This document shows positions 27,801-37,951 of a stretch of DNA of 64,000 bases, piece after piece (the first letter of the stretch is position 1; every line of letters starts with the position of its first letter). The translations under genes were made by a program, and so were the position numbers. The notes below the pieces were generated by a model. The model searched no databases. It was given only the letters and a program-made list of their open reading frames with translations, and had not been told where the DNA came from. Source of the DNA: an uncultured bacterium (GTDB lineage Bacteria; Hydrothermota; UBA3072); contig CAZSEX010000004.1 in assembly GCA_964606065.1 (NCBI GenBank), forward strand, positions 8,311 through 72,310. Direction: 5' to 3'.

Positions 27801-28296
27801 GACACCTCTGGATTGGGGAATGTTTTTTGGAGGTTATAGTCTTTCCTTATTATATAGCTGGAGAGCGGGTAGATATGAAACATGGAATCCTTTCCCGGGA
27901 CAGACAGGTTTAGTTCAATATCAGGTGCAGAACAATATTCAATGGCAGGATGAAAAAAACATGGATTTGAGTCTCAGCAAGAATATTTCGGTTGCGGGAA
28001 CCGCCATCACTTTGTTTATGGATATTCACAATGTTTTTGATTGGCAAGAACTTTCTTCACAGGCTTTCGATGGCGATAGAGATAAATATATTAAGTCACT
28101 TCATCTTGAGATATTCGGGGAAGAACCTTATAAGAGCGCGGGAATAGGTATTCCACCCGAGGAGGGTGAAGACCCTGATGTTCTTGGGGTGGATTTCAGA
28201 AGCGATAAGAAACAATATATAAATGACCCAAATAGAACTTTTATGTATTATCTGGATCCTAGATACGTGCAGTTTGGCATAAGGTTCTCTTTTTAG
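24832..28296 (+). CDS. TonB-dependent receptor 1 (N-terminal carboxypeptidase-regulatory-like domain, plug, barrel)
   Basis: Signal peptide, GKVAGIVVDANTGEPLPGANV, plug GGMNAEFSNVRAGVINVVT, SPRVGISFPI, C-terminal PRYVQFGIRFSF. Confidence 0.9.
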   Translation: MKRAGRKLLFRCFLFSLLGFVSFFAVVQEMEAAVTGKVAGIVVDANTGEPLPGANVIVEGTERGAACDVDGYYFITRLGPGSYNVQARMMGYKSVTIAGVRVISGHTTPVDFELETTVVRGEGVTVQAQREIIKVDLSSSSITADKTDIEAVPLISDVSEYLNLQAGIDGWSVRGSGLEDTKLMADGLILVDQRVNEPILMPNISEIKEVSLIKGGMNAEFSNVRAGVINVVTREGSPDKYEGSFEFRYTPGYQKHNGPSIFDPDNYYNEIYFHNEVDTGVQWNVDFFTDETLGLDTVVRLDSVCWKGPNYVWGNPESPFYDTIKWKDSYNPDWKGWEYEAEGKPITAEGFRDLLLWRRRINTGGDTLLTNPEEMFSIYSNDSMYVPIWDITVEGGDTTYELTGFTREPYTIPEDQPRIGSYGDIPDWTLDAGFGGPVPILSQYLGDMTFYTSYRDHNEAFPLPDSRDYYRERQVSLKLTSRFYDGNVKVNAIGRYGITNTLAPWATGEIVGSSTVADIGQVYLRDAFDMISPRGEWDGIYHGSDKLRSRNISNVWNLYSLTPFDVISRMYGLSIQHALSENTFYDVRLTYVRSQNEADFYYDVPGRMNDTVLVWFGEKFNAEGNYITDRSFLADYTGDNIPFGFPDPDFEIARIVGSDLTEWGPAHMQGSFNHSWSQTYNARIDLTSQINKYNEIKTGLEINYDKIHENYVINEGFSWSEPGKEKEGNVYVTEYDAYPILAGAYIQDKIEYEGMFANIGLRFDYSDPNNKWPSRDNPYSSFYTAGSKNQLFDQDSIIEDVPALLKLSPRVGISFPILERSKLFFNYGHFYSLAPNKNRFMIGWGRPSQPIKYLGNPYLDMSRTISYEVGFESNIANQFLARVTGYYKDMDNEFTEVGYANELGSVDLNYTTYENLRYSDTRGFELELRKQHGRFFTGWVIYDYRVTSTGYLGKRDHYFVIKDELTSGFNDPEQTEPVPQPVWRAQATFKTPLDWGMFFGGYSLSLLYSWRAGRYETWNPFPGQTGLVQYQVQNNIQWQDEKNMDLSLSKNISVAGTAITLFMDIHNVFDWQELSSQAFDGDRDKYIKSLHLEIFGEEPYKSAGIGIPPEEGEDPDVLGVDFRSDKKQYINDPNRTFMYYLDPRYVQFGIRFSF

Positions 28297-28314
28297 GAAA
28301 GGAGGTTATTTAAA

Positions 28315-30651
28315 ATGAAGCAAAGAAAGTTGATTGTATTCTTACTTTTGTTGTTTGTCGCAAATATCGCTTATGCGGCGAATATGAAGAGAATTGATGT
28401 GGGTAAACTACAGGCAAAAATTTTTGATGATGGTATTCAGAGTGCTACCAATCTTTTAATGAGTCACTGCATGTATAAAAGAGGTTACTTTAATGCGGAC
28501 TGGGATGATTTATTGACAACCACTTATTATCCAGGTGGATTTCTCCGCCAGGCTGGAATTCTTGTGGGAAATAGAAACTGGAAAGATGCGACCGGTAAAT
28601 TCTGGCCTTATCATGTTACGGGGCATTGTCCCGGTTCTTCTACCTTGAGTGATAACCCTTTTCAATTTAATATACCGGATGAAGATGGGGTTTCCATAAA
28701 AAGGATTTTTTCTTATCCTCCACCGCAAATAATAATTAATGGAATGCATTGCGAACCGGCATGGGGTGCGCTTGGAGATGAGGTAGCTCCGGACAAAGTA
28801 TGGGGTACTGCCGATGTAATGATTGAATGCCACTGGAGACTTTCCAATGGTATGGATGTTTACCAGAGGAATCTCGCCTGGAGCCAGCCTTTACTCGATG
28901 ATTTTGTTATCTGGGATTTAACATTTGTAAATACCGGTAATACGGATAGAGATGAGAAGATTGAACGACCAGGGCAAACTTTAGATTCGGTTGTTATTTT
29001 TAGACATTACGACGCTATGCCTAACGGAGGGCTTTATCCTTTTGCTTCCTGGGCAGGGGTAACGGAAAATAATTATCGGCATCTCGGCACTCTGGGGCAC
29101 GATTCTCTCAGGATCAATTATCTTGCTCTTGCAAGAAAAGCAGATCATGAACATGACTCCTACGGTGACAAATGTGAGAAAGATTGGGGGGGGGATGTGA
29201 ACCTCGAGGACGGGTGCGGTTGGACAGGACATGTAATTTTATTTGCTCCGAAAAACACGCAGGTTCCGCAGACGTATCCTATTGCGGACGTTGCTGCAAG
29301 TAATGACCCCGCTCAGCCAAGTATGCACAGCACGATAGAAGGTGGTTATGCCTGTTCAGATGTGGAAAATTTGCTGGATACTGCCGATCACAGGGAAACT
29401 TACAGGATTATGAGGATGGGGATTCACGGTTATGAGGATACGACAGTCTCGGAATGCCAGAATGTTTACGATATGAGCAGAATGTATAATGTATACGATA
29501 CCACCGCTACTGGTGCTAGTACTTATTATGACCAGCCTCAGGATAGGATGGGAGAGTTGGAGATAACTCGCGGAGAAATTTATCCCAGAGATTGGGATTA
29601 TTACACTTTCTCTACCACCCCGAAATTCTCCATAGGTCCCTACAATATGGAGTATTTAGATACTTTAAGAATCGTTTTCGCGATTGTAGCAGGTGCTGTA
29701 GATCGAAAGACTACCTACGTCCTAAGCGAGATGAGGGCAAATGGAGAGGCGCGTGATTTTCAGTGGGTTTCAGAAATGGATTCCGCAACGATTCGGAAAG
29801 AATATGAGAGAAGAGACCGTATAGCTAAATTATTTGGAGACAAGGTGTATATGGATGGTGGATTAAATGAAATTGCCACGGATTATGTGATTTCGACCGG
29901 TAAGGATTCACTATTTGAAAACGGAATGTCGGCTCGACGGGCTTTTAATTTAAATTATGATATTCCCGCTTCACCTGCTCCTCCTTCGGAGTTTGTGGTT
30001 GAGTCGCGAGACGATATGATTAAACTGAGCTGGAGTTATGAGAGTGAGGCGTACGGTGACTATACGCCTTCAGACCTTGCGGGTTTTAATATCTACCGGA
30101 CTGTAGGCGCAACACTTTACGAGAAAGCAGGAGAAGCAGTTAAAGGTGATTGGGAACTGGTCGATTCTGTGGGTCCTGATGAAAGGACTTTTGCCGACAC
30201 GGAGGGACTTGTACGAGGTTATGATTATTACTACAGTATTACAGCGGTGAGTACTGCTGGAGTCGAAAGCGGGAGATGGATGACGATGACCGTTGAACCG
30301 TTTAAGGCGACTTTGTTAGACCCGGTAGAAGTGACTCTTGATTCGTGCCGTGTTGTTCCTAATCCTTTGAATATTAGGGATCCAAGGCAGCAGTTGGATG
30401 AGCCGAATAAAATAGGATTTCGCCGGTTAACAGAAAAATGCACAATCAGGATTTTTACCGAATCTGGAGAGTTGATAAAAACTCTGAAACATGATGGTGG
30501 TGGGAGTGAAGACTGGCAGATAATAGAAGAGGGTGGAAATTATACGACTACGGTTAACAACCAGAGACCGGCAAGTGGTCTTTATATAGCTCATATACAG
30601 GATGAATCATCAGGTAAAAGCGTTTTCCGTAAGTTCGTAATTATTAGATAA
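28315..30651 (+). CDS. Secreted TBDR partner protein with Fn3-like and T9SS-type C-terminal domains
   Basis: Signal peptide without a lipobox. PASPAPP...IKLSW...GFNIYR...YYYSITAV (Fn3-like). VVPNP...CTIRIFTESGELIKTL...ASGLYIAHI...KFVIIR. Confidence 0.72.
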   Translation: MKQRKLIVFLLLLFVANIAYAANMKRIDVGKLQAKIFDDGIQSATNLLMSHCMYKRGYFNADWDDLLTTTYYPGGFLRQAGILVGNRNWKDATGKFWPYHVTGHCPGSSTLSDNPFQFNIPDEDGVSIKRIFSYPPPQIIINGMHCEPAWGALGDEVAPDKVWGTADVMIECHWRLSNGMDVYQRNLAWSQPLLDDFVIWDLTFVNTGNTDRDEKIERPGQTLDSVVIFRHYDAMPNGGLYPFASWAGVTENNYRHLGTLGHDSLRINYLALARKADHEHDSYGDKCEKDWGGDVNLEDGCGWTGHVILFAPKNTQVPQTYPIADVAASNDPAQPSMHSTIEGGYACSDVENLLDTADHRETYRIMRMGIHGYEDTTVSECQNVYDMSRMYNVYDTTATGASTYYDQPQDRMGELEITRGEIYPRDWDYYTFSTTPKFSIGPYNMEYLDTLRIVFAIVAGAVDRKTTYVLSEMRANGEARDFQWVSEMDSATIRKEYERRDRIAKLFGDKVYMDGGLNEIATDYVISTGKDSLFENGMSARRAFNLNYDIPASPAPPSEFVVESRDDMIKLSWSYESEAYGDYTPSDLAGFNIYRTVGATLYEKAGEAVKGDWELVDSVGPDERTFADTEGLVRGYDYYYSITAVSTAGVESGRWMTMTVEPFKATLLDPVEVTLDSCRVVPNPLNIRDPRQQLDEPNKIGFRRLTEKCTIRIFTESGELIKTLKHDGGGSEDWQIIEEGGNYTTTVNNQRPASGLYIAHIQDESSGKSVFRKFVIIR

Positions 30652-30664
30652 GGGGGCGAGAGAA

Positions 30665-31639
30665 ATGAAGAAATTTATTGTTTTTATATCTTTAATAATG
30701 TTTGTTTTTTCGGTTGCTTCTTACTCTCAGGATAAAGTTGCCCAGACAGGTATTAAAATGCTTGACGTAGGCGCGGGAGCTCGTGCCTGCGGAATGGGAG
30801 AAGCTTATACTGTGATAGGGCAGGATGCTGACGCTCTTTTCTACAATCCCTCCGGCATAGGTGAAATCGACGACAATTTTGATTTATCAGTAGGTATGAC
30901 ACAGTGGTTTGCCGACATTAATTATGGTTATATGTCGATGGTTGTTAATGGTGGAGTGTGGGGGAATTTCGGAATTAGTGCTATTGTACCTGATTATGGA
31001 GAAATTTATGGTACGGAGGTTGATACTACTGCACCATTAGATTTTGTAAATACCGGTCAGGTAGATGTAAACTCATATTGTTTAGGGGTTGCCTACGCAA
31101 GAGAATTTACCGATAAGTTTACGGTCGGAGCTCAGGTTAAATATATTATGCAGAAACTGGGAGAAAGTTCGGATCCCCAAAATCCTGAGTTAATGAGAGA
31201 TAATGTTATTAATACTCTCTCTTATGATTTTGGTCTACTTTTTTATCCTGGTTTTAAGAGTTTTGCATTCGGAATGTCTGTGCGTAATTTTTCTCCCAGA
31301 GTAAAATATGAAATGATTGGGTTTGAGTTGCCTTTGACTTTTGCGCTTGGCGTAGGCTTGGATTTAATGGATTTTCTGGGAGATAATCCCGATTATTCGT
31401 TTAATATCGGTGCCGAAATGCTGCACCCCCGTGATTGGCAGGAACAGTTTCATCTGGGAGGAGAATTTGGAATCTGGGATATGCTCTTCTTACGGCTTGG
31501 ATATAAATTCAGATATTCCCAGGAGGGTTTAAACGCCGGGGTCGGTTTTACTTATGGAGGAGTCAGGATAGATTATTCCTACAGTGAATTTGAGCTGTTC
31601 GATATGATAAACAGAGTTTCTGTGGGAATGGTCTTTTAG
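30665..31639 (+). CDS. PorV/PorQ-family outer-membrane beta-barrel
   Basis: KVAQTG...GAGARACGMGEAY...ALFYNPSG, alternating beta-strand pattern, C-terminal Phe. Confidence 0.82.
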   Translation: MKKFIVFISLIMFVFSVASYSQDKVAQTGIKMLDVGAGARACGMGEAYTVIGQDADALFYNPSGIGEIDDNFDLSVGMTQWFADINYGYMSMVVNGGVWGNFGISAIVPDYGEIYGTEVDTTAPLDFVNTGQVDVNSYCLGVAYAREFTDKFTVGAQVKYIMQKLGESSDPQNPELMRDNVINTLSYDFGLLFYPGFKSFAFGMSVRNFSPRVKYEMIGFELPLTFALGVGLDLMDFLGDNPDYSFNIGAEMLHPRDWQEQFHLGGEFGIWDMLFLRLGYKFRYSQEGLNAGVGFTYGGVRIDYSYSEFELFDMINRVSVGMVF

Positions 31640-31741
31640 CGGAGTTTAATCAATAGTCTGAAGAAATATAGCGAGTTAAGAATGGAGATTGTTCTTCAAG
31701 AGTAGGGTTGGATTTTTTTTAAAAACTATAAGGAGTAAGGC

Positions 31742-33169
31742 ATGGATTCTGAGACACGGGATATATCGCTAACTGAGAAAATTGGCTATAGTCTGGGTGA
31801 TACGGCGTCCAATCTGATTTTTCAGACCATTCTCTTTTTTATAACCTACTTTTACACCGATGTTTTCGGTATCGCGCCCGCGACACTGGCGACGATGTTC
31901 TTGATTACGCGAATCTGGGACGCGGTTAACGACCCCATAATGGGCGCTATCGCGGACCGTACCAATACCCGCTGGGGTAAGTTCAGACCTTATCTTCTAT
32001 GGGTGGCGATTCCGTTCGGCTTGGTAGGCGTGGCGGTCTTTACCACGCCTGATTTAAGTATGACCGGAAAGATAATATACGCTTACGTCACATACATTCT
32101 GCTGGATTTTGTTTACACTGCTATAAATGTGCCGTATTCGGCTCTGATGGGTGTTATGACGTCTAATGCGAGGGTAAGAACCATTCTATCTCAATTTCGT
32201 TTTGCGGCTGCTTTTTTAGGCGGGCTGATTATTCAGTACTCTGTTCTTAAACTTGTCAGAATATTAGGAAAAGGAAATGAAGCTCTGGGCTGGCAGCTCA
32301 CCATGGTTGTCCTCTCAATACTGGCAATCATTATGTTCTTTATTACTTTTATAACGACTAAAGAAAGAGTTAAACCTCCCAAGGAACAAAAAACTTTTTT
32401 AAAGGAAGACCTGCGCGATTTGTTCAGAAATAAACCCTGGCTGTTGGTAGCTGGGGGGACAGTATTTCAGCTTACTTATATCACTATTAGAAACGGCAGT
32501 ATAATATACTATTTTAAGTATTTTGTGGGTGACCAGGAATTGATGCTTTTTGGAAACACTTATATGTTCTCCAGTGATAATATGACATCCACCTTTCTTA
32601 TTTCGGGTACGCTCGCGACAATTCTGGGTATTGTTTTAACCGGATGGTTCAGCAAAGTTTTTGGCAAAAGAAATTGTTATGTTGGATTTCTGGCAGTAAC
32701 CGGAATATTCACGGCGGTTTTCTATTTATTTAACCCGATAAATATTATTCCTATGTTTATTATGCAGCTTTTCGCGTCCTTTACATTCGGTCCTGTGTCT
32801 GTGCTGCAGTGGGCAATGTACACGGATACGGCGGATTATTCCGAATGGAAAAATCGTCGACGTGCCACGGCGCTCCTCATGGCTGCTTCGTTGTTCGCGC
32901 TTAAGCTGGGAGTAGCTCTGGGTGGTGCTCTTCTCGCGGGCCTTTTAGCTTTTCATGGTTATAATCCCGGTGTCGAACAGACCGCGGGAGGATTACTCGG
33001 AGTAAAGCTGGTAATGAGTTTATATCCTGCTATCCCCGCGATTATCGGCGCCGCTATTATGTTGTTTTATCCGTTAACCAACCAGATGATGGTGGATATT
33101 GAAAAAGATTTAAATGAGAGAAGGCGTGACTCCGGGGACCAGGAACCGGATAGCCTGAGTGGGTTATAA
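31742..33169 (+). CDS. Glycoside-pentoside-hexuronide (GPH) MFS symporter 1
   Basis: [56 protein letters not shown]. Confidence 0.92.
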   Translation: MDSETRDISLTEKIGYSLGDTASNLIFQTILFFITYFYTDVFGIAPATLATMFLITRIWDAVNDPIMGAIADRTNTRWGKFRPYLLWVAIPFGLVGVAVFTTPDLSMTGKIIYAYVTYILLDFVYTAINVPYSALMGVMTSNARVRTILSQFRFAAAFLGGLIIQYSVLKLVRILGKGNEALGWQLTMVVLSILAIIMFFITFITTKERVKPPKEQKTFLKEDLRDLFRNKPWLLVAGGTVFQLTYITIRNGSIIYYFKYFVGDQELMLFGNTYMFSSDNMTSTFLISGTLATILGIVLTGWFSKVFGKRNCYVGFLAVTGIFTAVFYLFNPINIIPMFIMQLFASFTFGPVSVLQWAMYTDTADYSEWKNRRRATALLMAASLFALKLGVALGGALLAGLLAFHGYNPGVEQTAGGLLGVKLVMSLYPAIPAIIGAAIMLFYPLTNQMMVDIEKDLNERRRDSGDQEPDSLSGL

Positions 33170-33327
33170 TAAATATATTAATGATTAAATATTTATAAGA
33201 TTTGTTGATGATGGGAATATTAGGTGAAAAATGACTGCTTTAAATCGGATGTTAATGTCCGTTGTTTATTCCCCGGTATGATTTTAATTGTTTGTTAAAG
33301 CGCTCAAAATTAGAAAAGGAGTGAAAT

Positions 33328-34752
33328 ATGGATGTTAAAGCTGCAAAGTTATCTATAAAGGAAAAAGTAGGTTACAGTCTCGGCGATACCGCATACAATT
33401 TCTATTTCCAAATGGCGATGATTTTTATGTTATTCTTTTATACCGATGTATTCGGTATTTCCGCTGCGGTCGTCGGAACTATGTTTCTTGTTTCTCGTAT
33501 ATGGGACGCGGTAAACGACCCCATGATTGGAGCCTTTGCCGATCGAACGGAAACAAGATGGGGAAAATTTCGCCCCTGGATATTGTTTTCCGCTTTTCCT
33601 CTTGCTATATCCGGTATATTAGCTTTTACCACTGTGGATCTAAGTACAGTCGGTAAAATTGTGTGGGCTTATGTAACCTACAATTTGATGATGATGTCTT
33701 ATACAGCGGGTAACGTTCCTTACTCTTCTTTAATGGGTGTGATGACAGCCGATTCGGATGAAAGAGTGGGTCTTAATGTGTGGCGCTTTACCTTCGCAAA
33801 TGGGGCAATGCTTATAGTACAGGGATTGACTTTGCCTCTTGTGGGATTTCTCGGTAAGGGAGACGACGCAAAAGGCTTTATGCTTACCATGGTGTTTTTC
33901 TCCGCCATGGCTATAGTATTCTTGACAACTACTTTTTTGAGCACTAAAGAAAGAATTAAACCCGACCCGAGACAGAAGACTTCGATAAAGCAGGACCTTG
34001 CCGATCTCTTCACCAATCGTCCCTGGGTTATTATATTTATTATGACCGTTTTTGTGTTTGTTTATTGGTCTTTGAAGGGTAGTATCGGACTCTACTACAC
34101 TAAATATTTTGTAGACCATGCGAGTCTTAGAGCTTTCCTGCAGAATTTCGGTCTGGCAAAAAATCCGGCCGCGGATGTGGTAAAAGTAGGGTTCACCTTT
34201 TACAGCACCACCGGAGTTATCGCTATGTTAATAGGGATTCTCTTTGCTAAGATGCTTGCTGTAAGGTTTGGGAAAAGAGATGTGTTCCGAGTGTGTCTCT
34301 TTTTAGCGGCGGTTTGTACATTCGTGTACGTGTTTTTAAAGCCGGAACAGGTCTTACTGCAATACATCTTTAACATTCTCATACAATTCTTCTATGGATT
34401 TACAGTTCCTTTGCTCTGGGCTATGGTCGCCGATGTGGCAGATTTTACCGAATGGAAGACTCGCCGTCGAGCAACAGCTATGACCTTTGCCGGTATTTTG
34501 TTCGCTCTTAAATTGGGTCTCAGTGTTGGCGGAGCATTTGCCGGAAAGCTTCTCAGTTTTTATAATTATACACCGAATGTAGAGCAAACCGCGGAAACAT
34601 TAAAAGGTATTCGTTATATGATGAGTGTATATCCCGCGATTTTATTTTTTGCCGGTGTCGGAGCGCTTCTCTTTTATAGAATAGACAGAAAAACGGAACG
34701 CGAGATGGAGCAGGCTCTGATAGAAAGGCGTAAAGAATATCAGGAGAGTTGA
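33328..34752 (+). CDS. GPH MFS symporter 2
   Basis: Same GPH motifs ([33 protein letters not shown]). Close paralogue of the next gene. Confidence 0.92.
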   Translation: MDVKAAKLSIKEKVGYSLGDTAYNFYFQMAMIFMLFFYTDVFGISAAVVGTMFLVSRIWDAVNDPMIGAFADRTETRWGKFRPWILFSAFPLAISGILAFTTVDLSTVGKIVWAYVTYNLMMMSYTAGNVPYSSLMGVMTADSDERVGLNVWRFTFANGAMLIVQGLTLPLVGFLGKGDDAKGFMLTMVFFSAMAIVFLTTTFLSTKERIKPDPRQKTSIKQDLADLFTNRPWVIIFIMTVFVFVYWSLKGSIGLYYTKYFVDHASLRAFLQNFGLAKNPAADVVKVGFTFYSTTGVIAMLIGILFAKMLAVRFGKRDVFRVCLFLAAVCTFVYVFLKPEQVLLQYIFNILIQFFYGFTVPLLWAMVADVADFTEWKTRRRATAMTFAGILFALKLGLSVGGAFAGKLLSFYNYTPNVEQTAETLKGIRYMMSVYPAILFFAGVGALLFYRIDRKTEREMEQALIERRKEYQES

Positions 34753-34870
34753 CGGAGCGGATCAGAAAACTGTCGATGAATTAGATAAAGTTTTAGAAAA
34801 ACAGGTTTTATTGGAAAGAGTATTTTACTCTTAGAAGAGGAGAAACTAATAGTAAGGAGGTATAAAATAT

Positions 34871-36295
34871 ATGATCCCTGAAGCGACAAAATTGTCTATA
34901 AAGGAGAAAATAGGATTCGGTCTGGGTGATACTGCTTATAATTTCTATTTCCAGGCGGCTATGTTTTATATGTTGATCTTCTATACGGATATATTTGGTA
35001 TCCCTGCCGCGGTTGTCGGGACAATGTTTCTGGTTTCTAAAGTGTGGGACGCGATAAATGACCCATTAATGGCTGCCCTGGCTGATCGTACTAAAAGCCG
35101 CTGGGGAAAATACCGTCCGTGGATACTCTTTACCGCTTTTCCTTTTGCTATAGCAGGTATACTATGTTTTACAAATTTGGACTTAAGCAAGGTGGGGAAA
35201 ATTGTGTGGGCTTATGTGACCTATAATTTGCTCATGATGTCTTATACGGCGGGCAATGTTCCTTATTCGTCTTTGATGGGTGTAATGACAGCCGATTCGG
35301 GTGAACGTACCGGTCTTAATCAAATTCGCTTTATCTTCGCGAATTTCGCGATGCTCATAGTACAGGGAGCAACCTTGCCTCTTGTGGAGAAACTCGGCAG
35401 GGGTGATGACGCGAAAGGTTTTATGCTCACCATGGTATTTTTTGCTATAATGACTGTGATAATGTTGACGATCACTTTCATGACCACCAGGGAGAGAATA
35501 AAACCCGAACCCGGGCAAAAGACTTCAATAAAACAGGACCTTTCCGATCTCATTAAAAACAGACCCTGGGTTATTATGTTTATTATGACTCTTTTCGTGT
35601 TTATTTATTGGTCCATGAAGAACAGTATCTCAATATTTTACTTTGAATACTTCGTAAACCATGAGAGTCTTCGGGCTTTCCTGCAGAATTTCGGTATGGC
35701 TCGGAACCCCGCCGCGGATGTCGTAAATATAGGATTCCCAATTTTTAATACCAGCGGACTTATCGCTCAATTAATAGGTATTCTCTTTTCAAAATTTTTC
35801 GCTGTCAGGTTTGGAAAAAGAGATGTATTTCGGTTTTTTCTGTTTTTGGCGACATGTTTTACGTTCGTGTATGTGTTTTTAAAACCGGAACAGATTTTCT
35901 TGATATTTATCTCTAACATTCTTATCCAGTTCTTTTATGGGTTTACCGTACCTTTGCTCTGGGCTATGGTCGCGGATGTGGCAGATTTTACCGAATGGAA
36001 AACTCACAGACGTGCTACAGCCATGACATTTGCCGGAGTTTTATTCGCTCTGAAATTAGGTTTTAGTTTTGGGAGCACGATTGCCGCGAAGCTTCTTAGT
36101 TTTTATAATTATGTACCGAATGTAGAACAGACCGCGGAAACATTGAAAGGTATTCGTTATATGATGAGTGTCTATCCCGCGATTTTATGGTTACTTGGTG
36201 TGGGAGCTCTTTTATTTTATAGAATAGATAGAAGCACGGAACTCGAAATGGAGAAAGAATTAATAAAGAGAAGAGAGGGGTATCAGCAGGATTGA
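34871..36295 (+). CDS. GPH MFS symporter 3
   Basis: Same GPH motifs. Long identical stretches with symporter 2 (e.g. SLRAFLQNFG.A.NPAADVV, FYGFTVPLLWAMVADVADFTEWKT). Confidence 0.92.
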   Translation: MIPEATKLSIKEKIGFGLGDTAYNFYFQAAMFYMLIFYTDIFGIPAAVVGTMFLVSKVWDAINDPLMAALADRTKSRWGKYRPWILFTAFPFAIAGILCFTNLDLSKVGKIVWAYVTYNLLMMSYTAGNVPYSSLMGVMTADSGERTGLNQIRFIFANFAMLIVQGATLPLVEKLGRGDDAKGFMLTMVFFAIMTVIMLTITFMTTRERIKPEPGQKTSIKQDLSDLIKNRPWVIMFIMTLFVFIYWSMKNSISIFYFEYFVNHESLRAFLQNFGMARNPAADVVNIGFPIFNTSGLIAQLIGILFSKFFAVRFGKRDVFRFFLFLATCFTFVYVFLKPEQIFLIFISNILIQFFYGFTVPLLWAMVADVADFTEWKTHRRATAMTFAGVLFALKLGFSFGSTIAAKLLSFYNYVPNVEQTAETLKGIRYMMSVYPAILWLLGVGALLFYRIDRSTELEMEKELIKRREGYQQD

Positions 36296-36331
36296 CGAAA
36301 AATGTTTGCCGATTATTAGGAGGTAAGATTA

Positions 36332-37936
36332 ATGAATAGAATTAGCATATTGCTTTTAATAATATCATTTTTATCTTTGCTTTTTTTGACGCAGTGTTCT
36401 GTTGAATACAATGAAACATATACGAATCCGGTTATTCCCGGAGGTTTTCCCGATCCCAGTATCTGCAAAGTTGGCGATGATTACTATACAGTGCACAGTT
36501 CATTCGAGTATTTTCCGGGTGTACCGGTTTTTCACAGTAAGGACCTCGTACACTGGAAATTGATCGGTTACTGTTTGACCAGAGAGAGTCAGTTGCCTCT
36601 TAAAAACATGAGATATTCCGGAGGTATTTACGCTCCCACCATTCGCTATCACGACGGTTTATTTTATATGATTACCACGAATGTGGATGGGGGCGGAAAT
36701 TTCTATGTGACCGCTGAGGATCCCGCCGGTCCCTGGTCCGAACCTGTATGGCTGGATAGAGAGGGGATAGATCCTTCTTTATTTTTCGATGATGACGGCA
36801 GGGTTTATTACACTCGTCATGAAGGTGAGGCAGACGGTCACATCGTTCAGTGTTTAATAAATATAGAAGAAGGTAAACTTGAAGGAGATTTGAAAAAGAT
36901 ATGGGGAGGTACGGGTGGTATATGGCCTGAAGGTCCTCATCTGTATAAAATAAACGGTAAGTATTATTTGATGATTTCGGAGGGGGGTACGAGTTACGGG
37001 CATATGATTACAATAGCCAGAAGTGATTCTCCCTGGGGTCCCTTCGAGTCCAATCCGGACAATCCCATTCTTACGCATAAAGATAGAGAGAGACATCAAT
37101 TCCGGGCTCTGGGACACGGAGATTTAGTTGAAACTCCCGATGGTTGGTGGATTGTTTTTCTGGGGATTCGACCCAAGGGTGGTCATTACAATCATCTTGG
37201 CAGAGAGATGTTTTTAGCTCCGGTTGAGTGGAATGGAAAAGGGTGGCCGGTTGTCAATGAAAATAAACCCATAGAAGATACGATGCCTGCTCCGAAGTTG
37301 CCTAAGTATAAATTCAGAGAAGAACCTGATAGGGATAATTTTAACGGTTGTGATATTGCTCTTTGCTGGAATTATTTACGAAATCCATATATGGAAAATT
37401 ATTCCTTAACCGAGCGTCCGGGTTATTTGAGACTCCGGGGTACTGCGGTTACTATGGGCGATCAAGATTCGCCTACTTTTATCGGAAGGCGGCAGACCGC
37501 CATGGAATGTAAAATCGCGGCGAAACTCGATTTTAACCCTGAAAGAGAGGGAGAAGAGGCGGGTCTGGTTATAAGAGGAAACGAGGTCAACAGGGCTGAA
37601 ATAGGAGTTACGCTGAAAGACGGGAAGCGGCATGCGTTTTTTACGAATATGGTTAAAGGCAAATTGGTGGAGCCGGTTCGGTATGAGGAAATCGGTGAAG
37701 GCGAAGTAATCCTGTCTATAGAAGCAAAGCCTTTGTATTATGAACTATTCTATCAGATAAACGGCGGAACTCCTGTGAGTATGGGAAAAGTGGAAACCAA
37801 ATATCTGACTTTTGAAGAAGTGGTAGGATATCTCTTTACAGGAGTATATTTCGGTATGTACGCTACGGGTAACGGAGAAAAAAGCACCGTACCGGCTGAT
37901 TTTGATTGGTTCGAGTTTGTGAAGCATAAGAAATAG
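36332..37936 (+). CDS. GH43 beta-xylosidase/alpha-arabinofuranosidase with C-terminal ConA-like domain, probable lipoprotein
   Basis: NPVIPGGFPDPSIC, SSFEYFPGVP, APTIRYHDG, GIDPSLFFDDDG, PEGPHLYK, GHGDLVETPDG. N-terminal LFLTQC. Confidence 0.92.
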   Translation: MNRISILLLIISFLSLLFLTQCSVEYNETYTNPVIPGGFPDPSICKVGDDYYTVHSSFEYFPGVPVFHSKDLVHWKLIGYCLTRESQLPLKNMRYSGGIYAPTIRYHDGLFYMITTNVDGGGNFYVTAEDPAGPWSEPVWLDREGIDPSLFFDDDGRVYYTRHEGEADGHIVQCLINIEEGKLEGDLKKIWGGTGGIWPEGPHLYKINGKYYLMISEGGTSYGHMITIARSDSPWGPFESNPDNPILTHKDRERHQFRALGHGDLVETPDGWWIVFLGIRPKGGHYNHLGREMFLAPVEWNGKGWPVVNENKPIEDTMPAPKLPKYKFREEPDRDNFNGCDIALCWNYLRNPYMENYSLTERPGYLRLRGTAVTMGDQDSPTFIGRRQTAMECKIAAKLDFNPEREGEEAGLVIRGNEVNRAEIGVTLKDGKRHAFFTNMVKGKLVEPVRYEEIGEGEVILSIEAKPLYYELFYQINGGTPVSMGKVETKYLTFEEVVGYLFTGVYFGMYATGNGEKSTVPADFDWFEFVKHKK

Positions 37937-37951
37937 GGTTAGGAGTAGAAG

